Below are positions 36,881 through 52,789 of a stretch of DNA of 64,000 nt, piece after piece. Made by a program: the position numbers and the translations under genes. The notes under the pieces were generated by a model. It did not search any database, was not told the DNA's origin, and saw only the letters and a program-made list of their open reading frames with translations. Location of the stretch: contig OZ024741.1 of NCBI GenBank assembly GCA_964016885.1, positions 340,566,001 through 340,630,000 on the forward strand, read 5' to 3'. Positions within the stretch are counted from its first letter, which is position 1. The number at the start of each line of letters is the position of its first letter. This DNA is from Eledone cirrhosa (lineage: Eukaryota).

Positions 36881-39139
36881 GGGTCTTGACTGTTCCACAC
36901 CTCAGCCTCGCTATCACCTACAGTAATGCTGTGAGTATCTTGACTGTTCCACACCTCAGCCTCGCTATCACCTACAGTAATGTTGTGAGTATCTTGACTG
37001 TTCCACACCTCAGCCTCTCTATCACCTACAGTAATGCTGTGAGTATCTTGACTGTTCCACACCTCAGCCTCGCTATCACCTACAGTAATACTGTGAGGGT
37101 CTTGACTGTTCCACACCTCAGCCTCGCTATCACCTACAGTAATGCTGTGAGTATCTTGACTGTTCCACACCTCAGCCTCGCTATCACCTACAGTAATGCT
37201 GTGAGGGTCTTGACTGTTCCACACCTCAGCCTCTCTATCACCTACAGTAATGCTGTGAGTATCTTGACTGTTCCACACCTCAGCCTCTCTATCACCTACT
37301 GTAATGCTGGGAGTATCTTGACTGTTCCACACCTCAGCCTCGCTATCACCTACAGTAATGCTGTGAGTATCTTGACTGTTCCACACCTCAGCCTCGCTAT
37401 CACCTACAGTAATGCTGTGAGTATCTTGACTGTTCCACACCTCAGCCTCTCTATCACCTACAGTAATTCTGTGAGTATCTTGACTGTTCCACACCTCAGC
37501 CTCGCTATCACCTACGATAATGCTGTGAGTATCTTGACTGTTCCACACCTCAGCCTCGCTATTACCTACAGTAATACTGTGAGTATCTTGACTGTTCCAC
37601 ACCTCAGCCTCTCTATCACCTACAGTAATGCTGTGAGTATCTTGACTGTTCCACACCTCAGTCTCTCTATCACCTACAGAACTGCTGTGAGGGTTTGACT
37701 GTTCCACACCTCAGCCTCTCTATCACCTACAGAACTGCTGTGAGGGTTTGACTGTTTCACACCTCAGCCTCTCTATCACCTACAGTAATGCTGTGAGTAT
37801 CTTGACTGTTCCACACCTCAGCCTCTCTATCACCTACAGTAATGTTGTGAGTATCTTGACTGTTCCACACCTCAGCCTCTCTATCACCTACAGTAATGCT
37901 GTGAGGGTTTGACTGTTCCACACCTCAGCCTCTCTATCACCTACAGAATTGCTGTGAGGGTTTGACTGTTCCACACCTCAGCCTCTCTATCACCTACATT
38001 AATGCTGTGAGTATCTTGACTGTTCCACACCTCAGCCTCTCTATCACCTACAGTAATGTTGTGAGTATCTTGACTGTTCCACACCTCAGCCTCTCTATCA
38101 CCTACAGTAATACTGTGAGTATCTTGACTGTTCCACACCTCAGCCTCGCTATCACCTACAGTAATGCTGTGAGGGTTTGACTGTTCCACACCTCAGCCTC
38201 TCTATCACCTACAGAATTGCTGTGAGGGTTTGACTGTTCCACACCTCAGCCTCTCTATCACCTACAGAATTGCTGTGAGGGTTTGACTGTTCCACACCTC
38301 AGCCTCTCTATCACCTACATTAATGCTGTGAGTATCTTGACTGTTCCACACCTCAGCCTCTCTATCACCTACAGTAATGTTGTGAGTATCTTGACTGTTC
38401 CACACCTCAGCCTCGCTATCACCTACAGTAATGCTGTGAGGGTCTTGACTGTTCCACACCTCAGCCTCTCTATCACCTACAGTAATGCTGTGAGTATCTT
38501 GACTGTTCCACACCTCAGCCTCTCTATCACCTACAGTAATGCGGGGAGTATCTTGACTGTTCTACACCTCAGCCTCTCTATCACCTACAGTAATGCTGTG
38601 AGTATCTTGACTGTTCCACACCTCAGCCTCTCTATCACCTACAGTAATGCTGTGAGTATCTTGACTGTTCCACACCTCAGCCTCGCTATCACCTACAGTA
38701 ATGCTGTGAGTATCTTGACTGTTCCACACCTCAGCCTCTCTATCACCTACAGTAATGCTGTGAGTATCTTGACTGTTCCACACCTCAGCCTCGCTATCAC
38801 CTACAGTAATGCTGTGAGGGTCTTGACTGTTCCACACCTCAGCCTCTCTATCACCTACAGTAATGCGGTTAGTATCTTGACTGTTCCACACCTCAGCCTT
38901 GCTATCATCTTCAGTAATGCTGTGAGGGTCTTGACTGTTCTACACCTCAGCCTCTCTATCACCTACAGTAATGCTGTGAGTATCTTGACTGTTCCACACC
39001 TCAGCCTCTCTATCACCTACAGTAATGTTGTGAGTATCTTGACTGTTCCACACCTCAGCCTCTCTATCACCTACAGTAATGCTGTGAGTATCTTGACTGT
39101 TCCACACCTCAGCCTTGCTATCATCTACAGTAATGCTGT

Positions 39140-42100
39140 GAGGGTCTTGACTGTTCTACACCTCAGCCTCTCTATCACCTACAGTAATGCCGTGAGTATC
39201 TTGACTGTTCCACACCTCAGCCTCGCTATCACCTACAGTAATGCTGTGAGTATCTTGACTGTTCCACACCTCAGCCTCTCTATCACCTACAGTAATGCTG
39301 TGAGTATCTTGACTGTTCCACACCTCAGCCTCGCTATCACCTACAGTAATGCTGTGAGTATCTTGACTGTTCCACACCTCAGCCTCTCTATCACCTACAG
39401 TAATGTTGTGAGTATCTTGACTGTTCCACACCTCAGCCTCTCTATCACCTACAGTAATGCTGTGAGTATCTTGACTGTTCCACACCTCAGCCTCTCTATC
39501 ACCTACAGTAATGTTGTGAGTATCTTGACTGTTCCACACCTCAGCCTCGCTATCACCTACAGTAATGCTGTGAGTATCTTGACTGTTCCACACCTCAGCC
39601 TCTCTATCACCTACAGTAATGCTGTGAGTATCTTGACTGTTCCACACCTCAGCCTCTCTATCACCTACAGTAATGCTGTGAGTATCTTGACTGTTCCACA
39701 CCTCAGCCTCGCTATCACCTACAGTAATGTTGTGAGTATCTTGACTGTTCCACACCTCAGCCTCGCTATCACCTACAGTAATGCTGTGAGTATCTTGACA
39801 GTTCCACACCTCAGCCTCGCTATCACCTACAGTAATGCTGTGAGTATCTTGACTGTTCCACACCTCAGCCTCGCTATCACCTACAGTAATGCTGTGAGTA
39901 TCTTGACTGTTCCACACCTCAGTCTCTCTATCACCTACAGAACTGCTGTGAGGGTCTTGACTGTTCCACACCTCAGCCTCTCTATCACCTACAGTAATGC
40001 TGTGAGTATCTTGACTGTTCCACACCTCAGCCTCGCTATCACCTACAGTAATGCTGTGAGTATCTTGACTGTTCCACACCTCAGCCTCGCTATCACCTAC
40101 AGTAATGTTGTGAGGGTCTTGACTGTTCCACACCTCAGCCTCGCTATCACCCACAGTAATGCTGTGAGTATCTTGACTGTTCCACACCTCAGCCTCGCTA
40201 TCACCTACAGTAATGTTGTGAGGGTCTTGACTGTTCCACACCTCAGCCTCGCTATCACCCACATTAATACTGTGAGTATCTTGACTGTTCCACACCTCAG
40301 CATCGCTATCACCTACAGTAATGCTGTGAGTATCTTGACTGTTCCACACCTCAGCCTCGCTATCACCTACAGTAATGCTGTGAGGGTCTTGACTGTTCCA
40401 CACCTCAGCCTCGCTATCACCTACAGTAATACTGTGAGTATCTTGACTGTTCCACACCTCAGCCTCGCTATCACCTACAGTAATGCTGTGAGTATCTTGA
40501 CTGTTCCACACCTCAGCCTCGCTATCACCTACAGTAATGCTGTGAGTATCTTGACTGTTCCACACCTCAGTCTCTCTATCACCTACAGTAATGCTGTGAG
40601 TATCTTGACTGTTCCACACCTCAGCCTCGCTATCACCTACAGAACTGCTGTGAGGGTCTTGACTGTTCCACACCTCAGCCTCTCTATCACCTACAGTAAT
40701 GCTGTGAGGGTCTTGACTGTTCCACACCTCAGCCTCGCTATCACCTACAGTAATGCTGTGAGTATCTTGACTGTTCCACACCTCAGCATCTCTATCACCT
40801 ACAGTAATGCTGTGAGTATCTTGACTGTTCCACACCTCAGCCTCTCTATCACCTACAGTAATGCTGTGAGTATCTTGACTGTTCCACACCTCAGCCTCGC
40901 TATCACCTACAGTAATGCTGTGAGTATCTTGACTGTTCCACACCTCAGCCTCGCTATCACCTACAGTAATGCTGTGAGTATCTTGACTGTTCCACACCTC
41001 AGCCTCGCTATCACCTACAGTAATGCTGTGAGTATCTTGACTGTTCCACACCTCAGCCCCGCTATCACCTACAGTAATGCTGTGAGTATCTTGACTGTTC
41101 CACACCTCAGCCTCGCTATCACCTACAGAAATGCTGTGAGTATCTTGACTGTTCCACACCTCAGCCTCGCTATCACCTACAGTAATGCTGTGAGTATCTT
41201 GACTGTTCCACACCTCAGCCTCGCTATCACCTACAGTAATGCTGTGAGTATCTTGACTGTTCCACACCTCAGCCTCGCTATCACCTACAGTAATTCTGTG
41301 AGTATCTTGACTGTTCCACACCTCAGCCTCGCTATCACCTACAGTAATGCTGTGAGGGTCTTGACTGTTCCACACCTCAGCCTCTCTATCACCTACAGTA
41401 ATGTTGTGAGTATCTTGACTGTTCCACACCTCAGCCTCGCTATCACCTACAGTAATGCTGTGAGTATCTTGACTGTTCCACACCTCAGCCTCTCTATCAC
41501 CTACAGTAATGTTGTGAGTATCTTGACTGTTCCACACCTCAGCCTCGCTATCACCTACAGTAATGCTGTGAGTATCTTGACTGTTCCACACCTCAGCCTC
41601 TCTATCACCTACAGTAATGTTGTGAGTATCTTGACTGTTCCACACCTCAGCCGCGCTATCACCTACAGTAATGCTGTGAGGGTCTTGACTGTTCCACACC
41701 TCAGCCTCTCTATCACCTACAGTAATGCTGTGAGTACCTTGACTGTTCCACATTTCAGCCTCTCTATCACCTACAGTAATGCTGTGAGTATCTTGACTGT
41801 TCCACACCTCAGCCTCGCTATCACCTACAGTAATGCTGTGAGTATCTTGACTGTTCCGCACCTCAGCCTCGCTATCACCTACAGTAATGCTGTGAGTATC
41901 TTGACAGTTCCACACCTCAGCCTCTCTATCACCTACAGTAATGCTGTGAGTATCTTGACTGTTCCACACCTCAGACTCGCTATCACCTACAGTAATGCTG
42001 TGAGTATCTTGACTGTTCCACACCTCAGCCTCTCTATCACCCACAGTAATGCTGTGAGTATCTTGACTGTTCCAAACCTCAGCCTCGCTATCACCTACAG

Positions 42101-45100
42101 TAATGCTGTGAGTATCTTGACTGTTCCACACCTCAGCCTCTCTATCACCTACAGTAATGCTGTGAGTATCTTGACTGTTCCACACCTCAGCCTCACTATC
42201 ACCTACAGAACTGCTGTGAGTATCTTGACTGTTCCACACCTCAGCCTCTCTATCACCTACAGTAATGCTGTGAGTATCTTGACTGTTCCACACCTCAGCC
42301 TCACTATCACCTACAGAACTGCTGTGAGTATCTTGACTGTTCCACACCTCAGCCTCTCTATCACCTACAGTAATGCTGTGAGTATCTTGACTGTTCCACA
42401 CCTCAGTCTCTCTATCACCTACAGTAATGCTGTGAGTATCTTGACTGTTCCACACCTCAGCCTCGCTATCACCTACAGAACTGCTGTGAGGGTCTTGACT
42501 GTTCCACACCTCAGCCTCTCTATCACCTACAGTAATGCTGTGAGGGTCTTGACTGTTCCACACCTCAGCCTCGCTATCACCTACAGTAATGCTATGAGTA
42601 TCTTGACTGTTCCACACCTCAGCCTCTCTATCACCTACAGTAATGCTGTGAGTATCTTGACTGTTCCACACCTCAGCCTCGCTATCACCTACAGTAATGC
42701 TGTGAGTATCTTGACTGTTCCACACCTCAGCCTCGCTATCACCTACAGTAATGCTGTGAGTATCTTGACTGTTCCACACCTCAGCCTCGCTATCACCTAC
42801 AGTAATGCTGTGAGTATCTTGACTGTTCCACACCTCAGCCCCGCTATCACCTACAGTAATGCTGTGAGTATCTTGACTGTTCCACACCTCAGCCTCGCTA
42901 TCACCTACAGAAATGCTATGAGTATCTTGACTGTTCCACACCTCAGCCTCGCTATCACCTACAGTAATGCTGTGAGTATCTTGACTGTTCCACACCTCAG
43001 CCTCGCTATCACCTACAGTAATGCTGTGAGTATCTTGACTGTTCCACACCTCAGCCTCGCTATCACCTACAGTAATTCTGTGAGTATCTTGACTGTTCCA
43101 CACCTCAGCCTCGCTATCACCTACAGTAATGCTGTGAGGGTCTTGACTGTTCCACACCTCAGCCTCTCTATCACCTACAGTAATGTTGTGAGTATCTTGA
43201 CTGTTCCACACCTCAGCCTCGCTATCACCTACAGTAATGCTGTGAGTATCTTGACTATTCCACACCTCAGCCTCTCTATCACCTACAGTAATGTTGTGAG
43301 TATCTTGACTGTTCCACACCTCAGCCTCGCTATCACCTACAGTAATGCTGTGAGTATCTTGACTGTTCCACACCTCAGCCTCTCTATCACCTACAGTAAT
43401 GTTGTGAGTATCTTGACTGTTCCACACCTCAGCCTCGCTATCACCTACAGTAATGCTGTGAGTATCTTGACAGTTCCACACCTCAGCCTCGCTATCACCT
43501 ACAGTAATGCTGTGAGTATCTTGACTGTTCCACACCTCAGCCTCGCTATCACCTACAGTAATGCTGTGAGTATCTTGACTGTTCCACACCTCAGTCTCTC
43601 TATCACCTACAGAACTGCTGTGAGGGTCTTGACTGTTCCACACCTCAGCCTCTCTATCACCTACAGTAATGCTGTGAGTATCTTGACTGTTCCACACCTC
43701 AGCCTCGCTATCACCTACAGTAATGCTGTGAGTATCTTGACTGTTCCACACCTCAGCCTCGCTATCACCTACAGTAATGTTGTGAGGGTCTTGACTGTTC
43801 CACACCTCAGCCTCGCTATCACCCACAGTAATGCTGTGAGTATCTTGACTGTTCCACACCTCAGCCTCGCTATCACCTACAGTAATGTTGTGAGGGTCTT
43901 GACTGTTCCACACCTCAGCCTCGCTATCACCCACATTAATACTGTGAGGGTCTTGACTGTTCTACACCTCAGCCTCTCTATCACCTACAGTAATGCCGTG
44001 AGTATCTTGACTGTTCCACACCTCAGCCTCGCTATCACCTACAGTAATGCTGTGAGTATCTTGACTGTTCCACACCTCAGCCTCTCTATCACCTACAGTA
44101 ATGCTGTGAGTATCTTGACTGTTCCACACCTCAGCCTCGCTATCACCTACAGTAATGCTGTGAGTATCTTGACTGTTCCACACCTCAGCCTCTCTATCAC
44201 CTACAGTAATGTTGTGAGTATCTTGACTGTTCCACACCTCAGCCTCTCTATCACCTACAGTAATGCTGTGAGTATCTTGACTGTTCCACACCTCAGCCTC
44301 TCTATCACCTACAGTAATGTTGTGAGTATCTTGACTGTTCCACACCTCAGCCTCGCTATCACCTACAGTAATGCTGTGAGTATCTTGACTGTTCCACACC
44401 TCAGCCTCTCTTTCACCTACAGTAATGCTGTGAGTATCTTGACTGTTCCACACCTCAGCCTCTCTATCACCTACAGTAATGCTGTGAGTATCTTGACTGT
44501 TCCACACCTCAGCCTCGCTATCACCTACAGTAATGTTGTGAGTATCTTGACTGTTCCACACCTCAGCCTCGCTATCACCTACAGTAATGCTGTGAGTATC
44601 TTGACAGTTCCACACCTCAGCCTCGCTATCACCTACAGTAATGCTGTGAGTAACTTGACTGTTCCACACCTCAGCCTCGCTATCACCTACAGTAATGCTG
44701 TGAGTATCTTGACTGTTCCACACCTCAGTCTCTCTATCACCTACAGAACTGCTGTGAGGGTCTTGACTGTTCCACACCTCAGCCTCTCTATCACCTACAG
44801 TAATGCTGTGAGTATCTTGACTGTTCCACACCTCAGCCTCGCTATCACCTACAGTAATGCTGTGAGTATCTTGACTGTTCCACACCTCAGCCTCGCTATC
44901 ACCTACAGTAATGTTGTGAGGGTCTTGACTGTTCCACACCTCAGCCTCGCTATCACCCACAGTAATGCTGTGAGTATCTTGACTGTTCCACACCTCAGCC
45001 TCGCTATCACCTACAGTAATGTTGTGAGGGTCTTGACTGTTCCACACCTCAGCCTCGCTATCACCCACATTAATACTGTGAGTATCTTGACTGTTCCACA

Positions 45101-48100
45101 CCTCAGCATCGCTATCACCTACAGTAATGCTGTGAGTATCTTGACTGTTCCACACCTCAGCCTCGCTATCACCTACAGTAATGCTGTGAGGGTCTTGACT
45201 GTTCCACACCTCAGCCTCGCTATCACCTACAGTAATACTGTGAGTATCTTGACTGTTCCACACCTCAGCCTCGCTATCACCTACAGTAATGCTGTGAGTA
45301 TCTTGACTGTTCCACACCTCAGCCTCGCTATCACCTACAGTAATGCTGTGAGTATCTTGACTGTTCCACACCTCAGTCTCTCTATCACCTACAGTAATGC
45401 TGTGAGTATCTTGACTGTTCCACACCTCAGCCTCGCTATCACCTACAGAACTGCTGTGAGGGTCTTGACTGTTCCACACCTCAGCCTCTCTATCACCTAC
45501 AGTAATGCTGTGAGGGTCTTGACTGTTCCACACCTCAGCCTCGCTATCACCTACAGTAATGCTGTGAGTATCTTGACTGTTCCACACCTCAGCATCTCTA
45601 TCACCTACAGTAATGCTGTGAGTATCTTGACTGTTCCACACCTCAGCCTCTCTATCACCTACAGTAATGCTGTGAGTATCTTGACTGTTCCACACCTCAG
45701 CCTCGCTATCACCTACAGTAATGCTGTGAGTATCTTGACTGTTCCACACCTCAGCCTCGCTATCACCTACAGTAATGCTGTGAGTATCTTGACTGTTCCA
45801 CACCTCAGCCTCGCTATCACCTACAGTAATGCTGTGAGTATCTTGACTGTTCCACACCTCAGCCCCGCTATCACCTACAGTAATGCTGTGAGTATCTTGA
45901 CTGTTCCACACCTCAGCCTCGCTATCACCTACAGAAATGCTGTGAGTATCTTGACTGTTCCACACCTCAGCCTCGCTATCACCTACAGTAATGCTGTGAG
46001 TATCTTGACTGTTCCACACCTCAGCCTCGCTATCACCTACAGTAATGCTGTGAGTATCTTGACTGTTCCACACCTCAGCCTCGCTATCACCTACAGTAAT
46101 TCTGTGAGTATCTTGACTGTTCCACACCTCAGCCTCGCTATCACCTACAGTAATGCTGTGAGGGTCTTGACTGTTCCCCACCTCAGCCTCTCTATCACCT
46201 ACAGTAATGTTGTGAGTATCTTGACTGTTCCACACCTCAGCCTCGCTATCACCTACAGTAATGCTGTGAGTATCTTGACTGTTCCACACCTCAGCCTCTC
46301 TATCACCTACAGTAATGTTGTGAGTATCTTGACTGTTCCACACCTCAGCCTCGCTATCACCTACAGTAATGCTGTGAGTATCTTGACTGTTCCACACCTC
46401 AGCCTCTCTATCACCTACAGTAATGTTGTGAGTATCTTGACTGTTCCACACCTCAGCCGCGCTATCACCTACAGTAATGCTGTGAGGGTCTTGACTGTTC
46501 CACACCTCAGCCTCTCTATCACCTACAGTAATGCTGTGAGTACCTTGACTGTTCCACATTTCAGCCTCTCTATCACCTACAGTAATGCTGTGAGTATCTT
46601 GACTGTTCCACACCTCAGCCTCGCTATCACCTACAGTAATGCTGTGAGTATCTTGACTGTTCCGCACCTCAGCCTCGCTATCACCTACAGTAATGCTGTG
46701 AGTATCTTGACAGTTCCACACCTCAGCCTCTCTATCACCTACAGTAATGCTGTGAGTATCTTGACTGTTCCACACCTCAGACTCGCTATCACCTACAGTA
46801 ATGCTGTGAGTATCTTGACTGTTCCACACCTCAGCCTCTCTATCACCCACAGTAATGCTGTGAGTATCTTGACTGTTCCAAACCTCAGCCTCGCTATCAC
46901 CTACAGTAATGCTGTGAGTATCTTGACTGTTCCACACCTCAGCCTCTCTATCACCTACAGTAATGCTGTGAGTATCTTGACTGTTCCACACCTCAGCCTC
47001 ACTATCACCTACAGAACTGCTGTGAGTATCTTGACTGTTCCACACCTCAGCCTCTCTATCACCTACAGTAATGCTGTGAGTATCTTGACTGTTCCACACC
47101 TCAGCCTCACTATCACCTACAGAACTGCTGTGAGTATCTTGACTGTTCCACACCTCAGCCTCTCTATCACCTACAGTAATGCTGTGAGTATCTTGACTGT
47201 TCCACACCTCAGTCTCTCTATCACCTACAGTAATGCTGTGAGTATCTTGACTGTTCCACACCTCAGCCTCGCTATCACCTACAGAACTGCTGTGAGGGTC
47301 TTGACTGTTCCACACCTCAGCCTCTCTATCACCTACAGTAATGCTGTGAGGGTCTTGACTGTTCCACACCTCAGCCTCGCTATCACCTACAGTAATGCTA
47401 TGAGTATCTTGACTGTTCCACACCTCAGCCTCTCTATCACCTACAGTAATGCTGTGAGTATCTTGACTGTTCCACACCTCAGCCTCGCTATCACCTACAG
47501 TAATGCTGTGAGTATCTTGACTGTTCCACACCTCAGCCTCGCTATCACCTACAGTAATGCTGTGAGTATCTTGACTGTTCCACACCTCAGCCTCGCTATC
47601 ACCTACAGTAATGCTGTGAGTATCTTGACTGTTCCACACCTCAGCCCCGCTATCACCTACAGTAATGCTGTGAGTATCTTGACTGTTCCACACCTCAGCC
47701 TCGCTATCACCTACAGAAATGCTATGAGTATCTTGACTGTTCCACACCTCAGCCTCGCTATCACCTACAGTAATGCTGTGAGTATCTTGACTGTTCCACA
47801 CCTCAGCCTCGCTATCACCTACAGTAATGCTGTGAGTATCTTGACTGTTCCACACCTCAGCCTCGCTATCACCTACAGTAATTCTGTGAGTATCTTGACT
47901 GTTCCACACCTCAGCCTCGCTATCACCTACAGTAATGCTGTGAGGGTCTTGACTGTTCCACACCTCAGCCTCTCTATCACCTACAGTAATGTTGTGAGTA
48001 TCTTGACTGTTCCACACCTCAGCCTCGCTATCACCTACAGTAATGCTGTGAGTATCTTGACTATTCCACACCTCAGCCTCTCTATCACCTACAGTAATGT

Positions 48101-48750
48101 TGTGAGTATCTTGACTGTTCCACACCTCAGCCTCGCTATCACCTACAGTAATGCTGTGAGTATCTTGACTGTTCCACACCTCAGCCTCTCTATCACCTAC
48201 AGTAATGTTGTGAGTATCTTGACTGTTCCACACCTCAGCCTCGCTATCACCTACAGTAATGCTGTGAGTATCTTGACAGTTCCACACCTCAGCCTCGCTA
48301 TCACCTACAGTAATGCTGTGAGTATCTTGACTGTTCCACACCTCAGCCTCGCTATCACCTACAGTAATGCTGTGAGTATCTTGACTGTTCCACACCTCAG
48401 TCTCTCTATCACCTACAGAACTGCTGTGAGGGTCTTGACTGTTCCACACCTCAGCCTCTCTATCACCTACAGTAATGCTGTGAGTATCTTGACTGTTCCA
48501 CACCTCAGCCTCGCTATCACCTACAGTAATGCTGTGAGTATCTTGACTGTTCCACACCTCAGCCTCGCTATCACCTACAGTAATGTTGTGAGGGTCTTGA
48601 CTGTTCCACACCTCAGCCTCGCTATCACCCACAGTAATGCTGTGAGTATCTTGACTGTTCCACACCTCAGCCTCGCTATCACCTACAGTAATGTTGTGAG
48701 GGTCTTGACTGTTCCACACCTCAGCCTCGCTATCACCCACATTAATACTG
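39140..48750. repeat. Higher-order duplication, 4806-bp (89-monomer) period
   Basis: The marker TTCTACAC..GCCGTG occurs at 39156 and 43962, and TTCCGCAC at about 41855 and about 46661. Confidence 0.85.
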
Positions 48751-51700
48751 TGAGTATCTTGACTGTTCCACACCTCAGCATCGCTATCACCTACAGTAAT
48801 GCTGTGAGTATCTTGACTGTTCCACACCTCAGCCTCGCTATCACCTACAGTAATGCTGTGAGGGTCTTGACTGTTCCACACCTCAGCCTCGCTATCACCT
48901 ACAGTAATACTGTGAGTATCTTGACTGTTCCACACCTCAGCCTCGCTATCACCTACAGTAATGCTGTGAGTATCTTGACTGTTCCACACCTCAGCCTCGC
49001 TATCACCTACAGTAATGCTGTGAGTATCTTGACTGTTCCACACCTCAGTCTCTCTATCACCTACAGTAATGCTGTGAGTATCTTGACTGTTCCACACCTC
49101 AGCCTCGCTATCACCTACAGAACTGCTGTGAGGGTCTTGACTGTTCCACACCTCAGCCTCTCTATCACCTACAGTAATGCTGTGAGGGTCTTGACTGTTC
49201 CACACCTCAGCCTCGCTATCACCTACAGTAATGCTGTGAGTATCTTGACTGTTCCACACCTCAGCATCTCTATCACCTACAGTAATGCTGTGAGTATCTT
49301 GACTGTTCCACACCTCAGCCTCTCTATCACCTACAGTAATGCTGTGAGTATCTTGACTGTTCCACACCTCAGCCTCGCTATCACCTACAGTAATGCTGTG
49401 AGTATCTTGACTGTTCCACACCTCAGCCTCGCTATCACCTACAGTAATGCTGTGAGTATCTTGACTGTTCCACACCTCAGCCTCGCTATCACCTACAGTA
49501 ATGCTGTGAGTATCTTGACTGTTCCACACCTCAGCCCCGCTATCACCTACAGTAATGCTGTGAGTATCTTGACTGTTCCACACCTCAGCCTCGCTATCAC
49601 CTACAGAAATGCTGTGAGTATCTTGACTGTTCCACACCTCAGCCTCGCTATCACCTACAGTAATGCTGTGAGTATCTTGACTGTTCCACACCTCAGCCTC
49701 GCTATCACCTACAGTAATGCTGTGAGTATCTTGACTGTTCCACACCTCAGCCTCGCTATCACCTACAGTAATTCTGTGAGTATCTTGACTGTTCCACACC
49801 TCAGCCTCGCTATCACCTACAGTAATGCTGTGAGGGTCTTGACTGTTCCACACCTCAGCCTCTCTATCACCTACAGTAATGTTGTGAGTATCTTGACTGT
49901 TCCACACCTCAGCCTCGCTATCACCTACAGTAATGCTGTGAGTATCTTGACTGTTCCACACCTCAGCCTCTCTATCACCTACAGTAATGTTGTGAGTATC
50001 TTGACTGTTCCACACCTCAGCCTCGCTATCACCTACAGTAATGCTGTGAGTATCTTGACTGTTCCACACCTCAGCCTCTCTATCACCTACAGTAATGTTG
50101 TGAGTATCTTGACTGTTCCACACCTCAGCCTCGCTATCACCTACAGTAATGCTGTGAGTATCTTGACTGTTCCACACCTCAGCCTCTCTATCACCTACAG
50201 TAATGTTGTGAGTATCTTGACTGTTCCACACCTCAGCCGCGCTATCACCTACAGTAATGCTGTGAGGGTCTTGACTGTTCCACACCTCAGCCTCTCTATC
50301 ACCTACAGTAATGCTGTGAGTACCTTGACTGTTCCACATTTCAGCCTCTCTATCACCTACAGTAATGCTGTGAGTATCTTGACTGTTCCACACCTCAGCC
50401 TCGCTATCACCTACAGTAATGCTGTGAGTATCTTGACTGTTCCGCACCTCAGCCTCGCTATCACCTACAGTAATGCTGTGAGTATCTTGACAGTTCCACA
50501 CCTCAGCCTCTCTATCACCTACAGTAATGCTGTGAGTATCTTGACTGTTCCACACCGCAGACTCGCTATCACCTACAGTAATGCTGTGAGTATCTTGACT
50601 GTTCCACACCTCAGCCTCTCTATCACCCACAGTAATGCTGTGAGTATCTTGACTGTTCCAAACCTCAGCCTCGCTATCACCTACAGTAATGCTGTGAGTA
50701 TCTTGACTGTTCCACACCTCAGCCTCTCTATCACCTACAGTAATGCTGTGAGTATCTTGACTGTTCCACACCTCAGCCTCACTATCACCTACAGAACTGC
50801 TGTGAGTATCTTGACTGTTCCACACCTCAGCCTCTCTATCACCTACAGTAATGCTGTGAGTATCTTGACTGTTCCACACCTCAGCCTCACTATCACCTAC
50901 AGAACTGCTGTGAGTATCTTGACTGTTCCACACCTCAGCCTCTCTATCACCTACAGTAATGCTGTGAGTATCTTGACTGTTCCACACCTCAGTCTCTCTA
51001 TCACCTACAGTAATGCTGTGAGTATCTTGACTGTTCCACACCTCAGCCTCGCTATCACCTACAGAACTGCTGTGAGGGTCTTGACTGTTCCACACCTCAG
51101 CCTCTCTATCACCTACAGTAATGCTGTGAGGGTCTTGACTGTTCCACACCTCAGCCTCGCTATCACCTACAGTAATGCTGTGAGTATCTTGACTGTTCCA
51201 CACCTCAGCCTCTCTATCACCTACAGTAATGCTGTGAGTATCTTGACTGTTCCACACCTCAGCCTCGCTATCACCTACAGTAATATTGTGAGTATCTTGA
51301 CTGTTCCACACCTCAGCCTCGCTATCACCTACAGTAATGCTGTGAGTATCTTGACTGTTCCACACCTCAGCCTCGCTATCACCTACAGTAATGCTGTGAG
51401 TATCTTGACTGTTCCACACCTCAGCCCCGCTATCACCTACAGTAATGCTGTGAGTATCTTGACTGTTCCACACCTCAGCCTCGCTATCACCTACAGAAAT
51501 GCTATGAGTATCTTGACTGTTCCACACCTCAGCCTCGCTATCACCTACAGTAATGCTGTGAGTATCTTGACTGTTCCACACCTCAGCCTCGCTATCACCT
51601 ACAGTAATGCTGTGAGTATCTTGACTGTTCCACACCTCAGCCTCGCTATCACCTACAGTAATTCTGTGAGTATCTTGACTGTTCCACACCTCAGCCTCGC

Positions 51701-52789
51701 TATCACCTACAGTAATGCTGTGAGGGTCTTGACTGTTCCACACCTCAGCCTCTCTATCACCTACAGTAATGTTGTGAGTATCTTGACTGTTCCACACCTC
51801 AGCCTCGCTATCACCTACAGTAATGCTGTGAGTATCTTGACTGTTCCACACCTCAGCCTCTCTATCACCTACAGTAATGTTGTGAGTATCTTGACTGTTC
51901 CACACCTCAGCCTCGCTATCACCTACAGTAATGCTGTGAGTATCTTGACTGTTCCACACCTCAGCCTCTCTATCACCTACAGTAATGTTGTGAGTATCTT
52001 GACTGTTCCACACCTCAGCCGCGCTATCACCTACAGTAATGCTGTGAGGGTCTTGACTGTTCCACACCTCAGCCTCTCTATCACCTACAGTAATGCTGTG
52101 AGTACCTTGACTGTTCCACATTTCAGCCTCTCTATCACCTACAGTAATGCTGTGAGTATCTTGACTGTTCCACACCTCAGCCTCTCTATCACCTACAGTA
52201 ATGCTGTGAGTATCTTGACTGTTCCACACCTCAGACTCGCTATCACCTACAGTAATGCTGTGAGTATCTTGACTGTTCCACACCTCAGCCTCTCTATCAC
52301 CCACAGTAATGCTGTGAGTATCTTGACTGTTCCAAACCTCAGCCTCGCTATCACCTACAGTAATGCTGTGAGTATCTTGACTGTTCCACACCTCAGCCTC
52401 TCTATCACCTACAGTAATGCTGTGAGTATCTTGACTGTTCCACACCTCAGCCTCACTATCACCTACAGAACTGCTGTGAGTATCTTGACTGTTCCACACC
52501 TCAGCCTCTCTATCACCTACAGTAATGCTGTGAGTATCTTGACTGTTCCACACCTCAGCCTCTCAATCACCTACAGTAATGCTGTGAGGGTCTTGACTGT
52601 TCCACACCTCAGCCTCGCTATCACCTACAGTAATGCTGTGAGTATCTTGACTGTTCCACACCTCAGCCTCGCTATCACCTACAGTAATGTTGTGAGTATC
52701 TTGACTGTTCCACACCTCAGCCTCTCTATCACCTACAGTAATGCTGTGAGTATCTTGACTGTTCCACACCTCAGCCTCGCTATCACCTA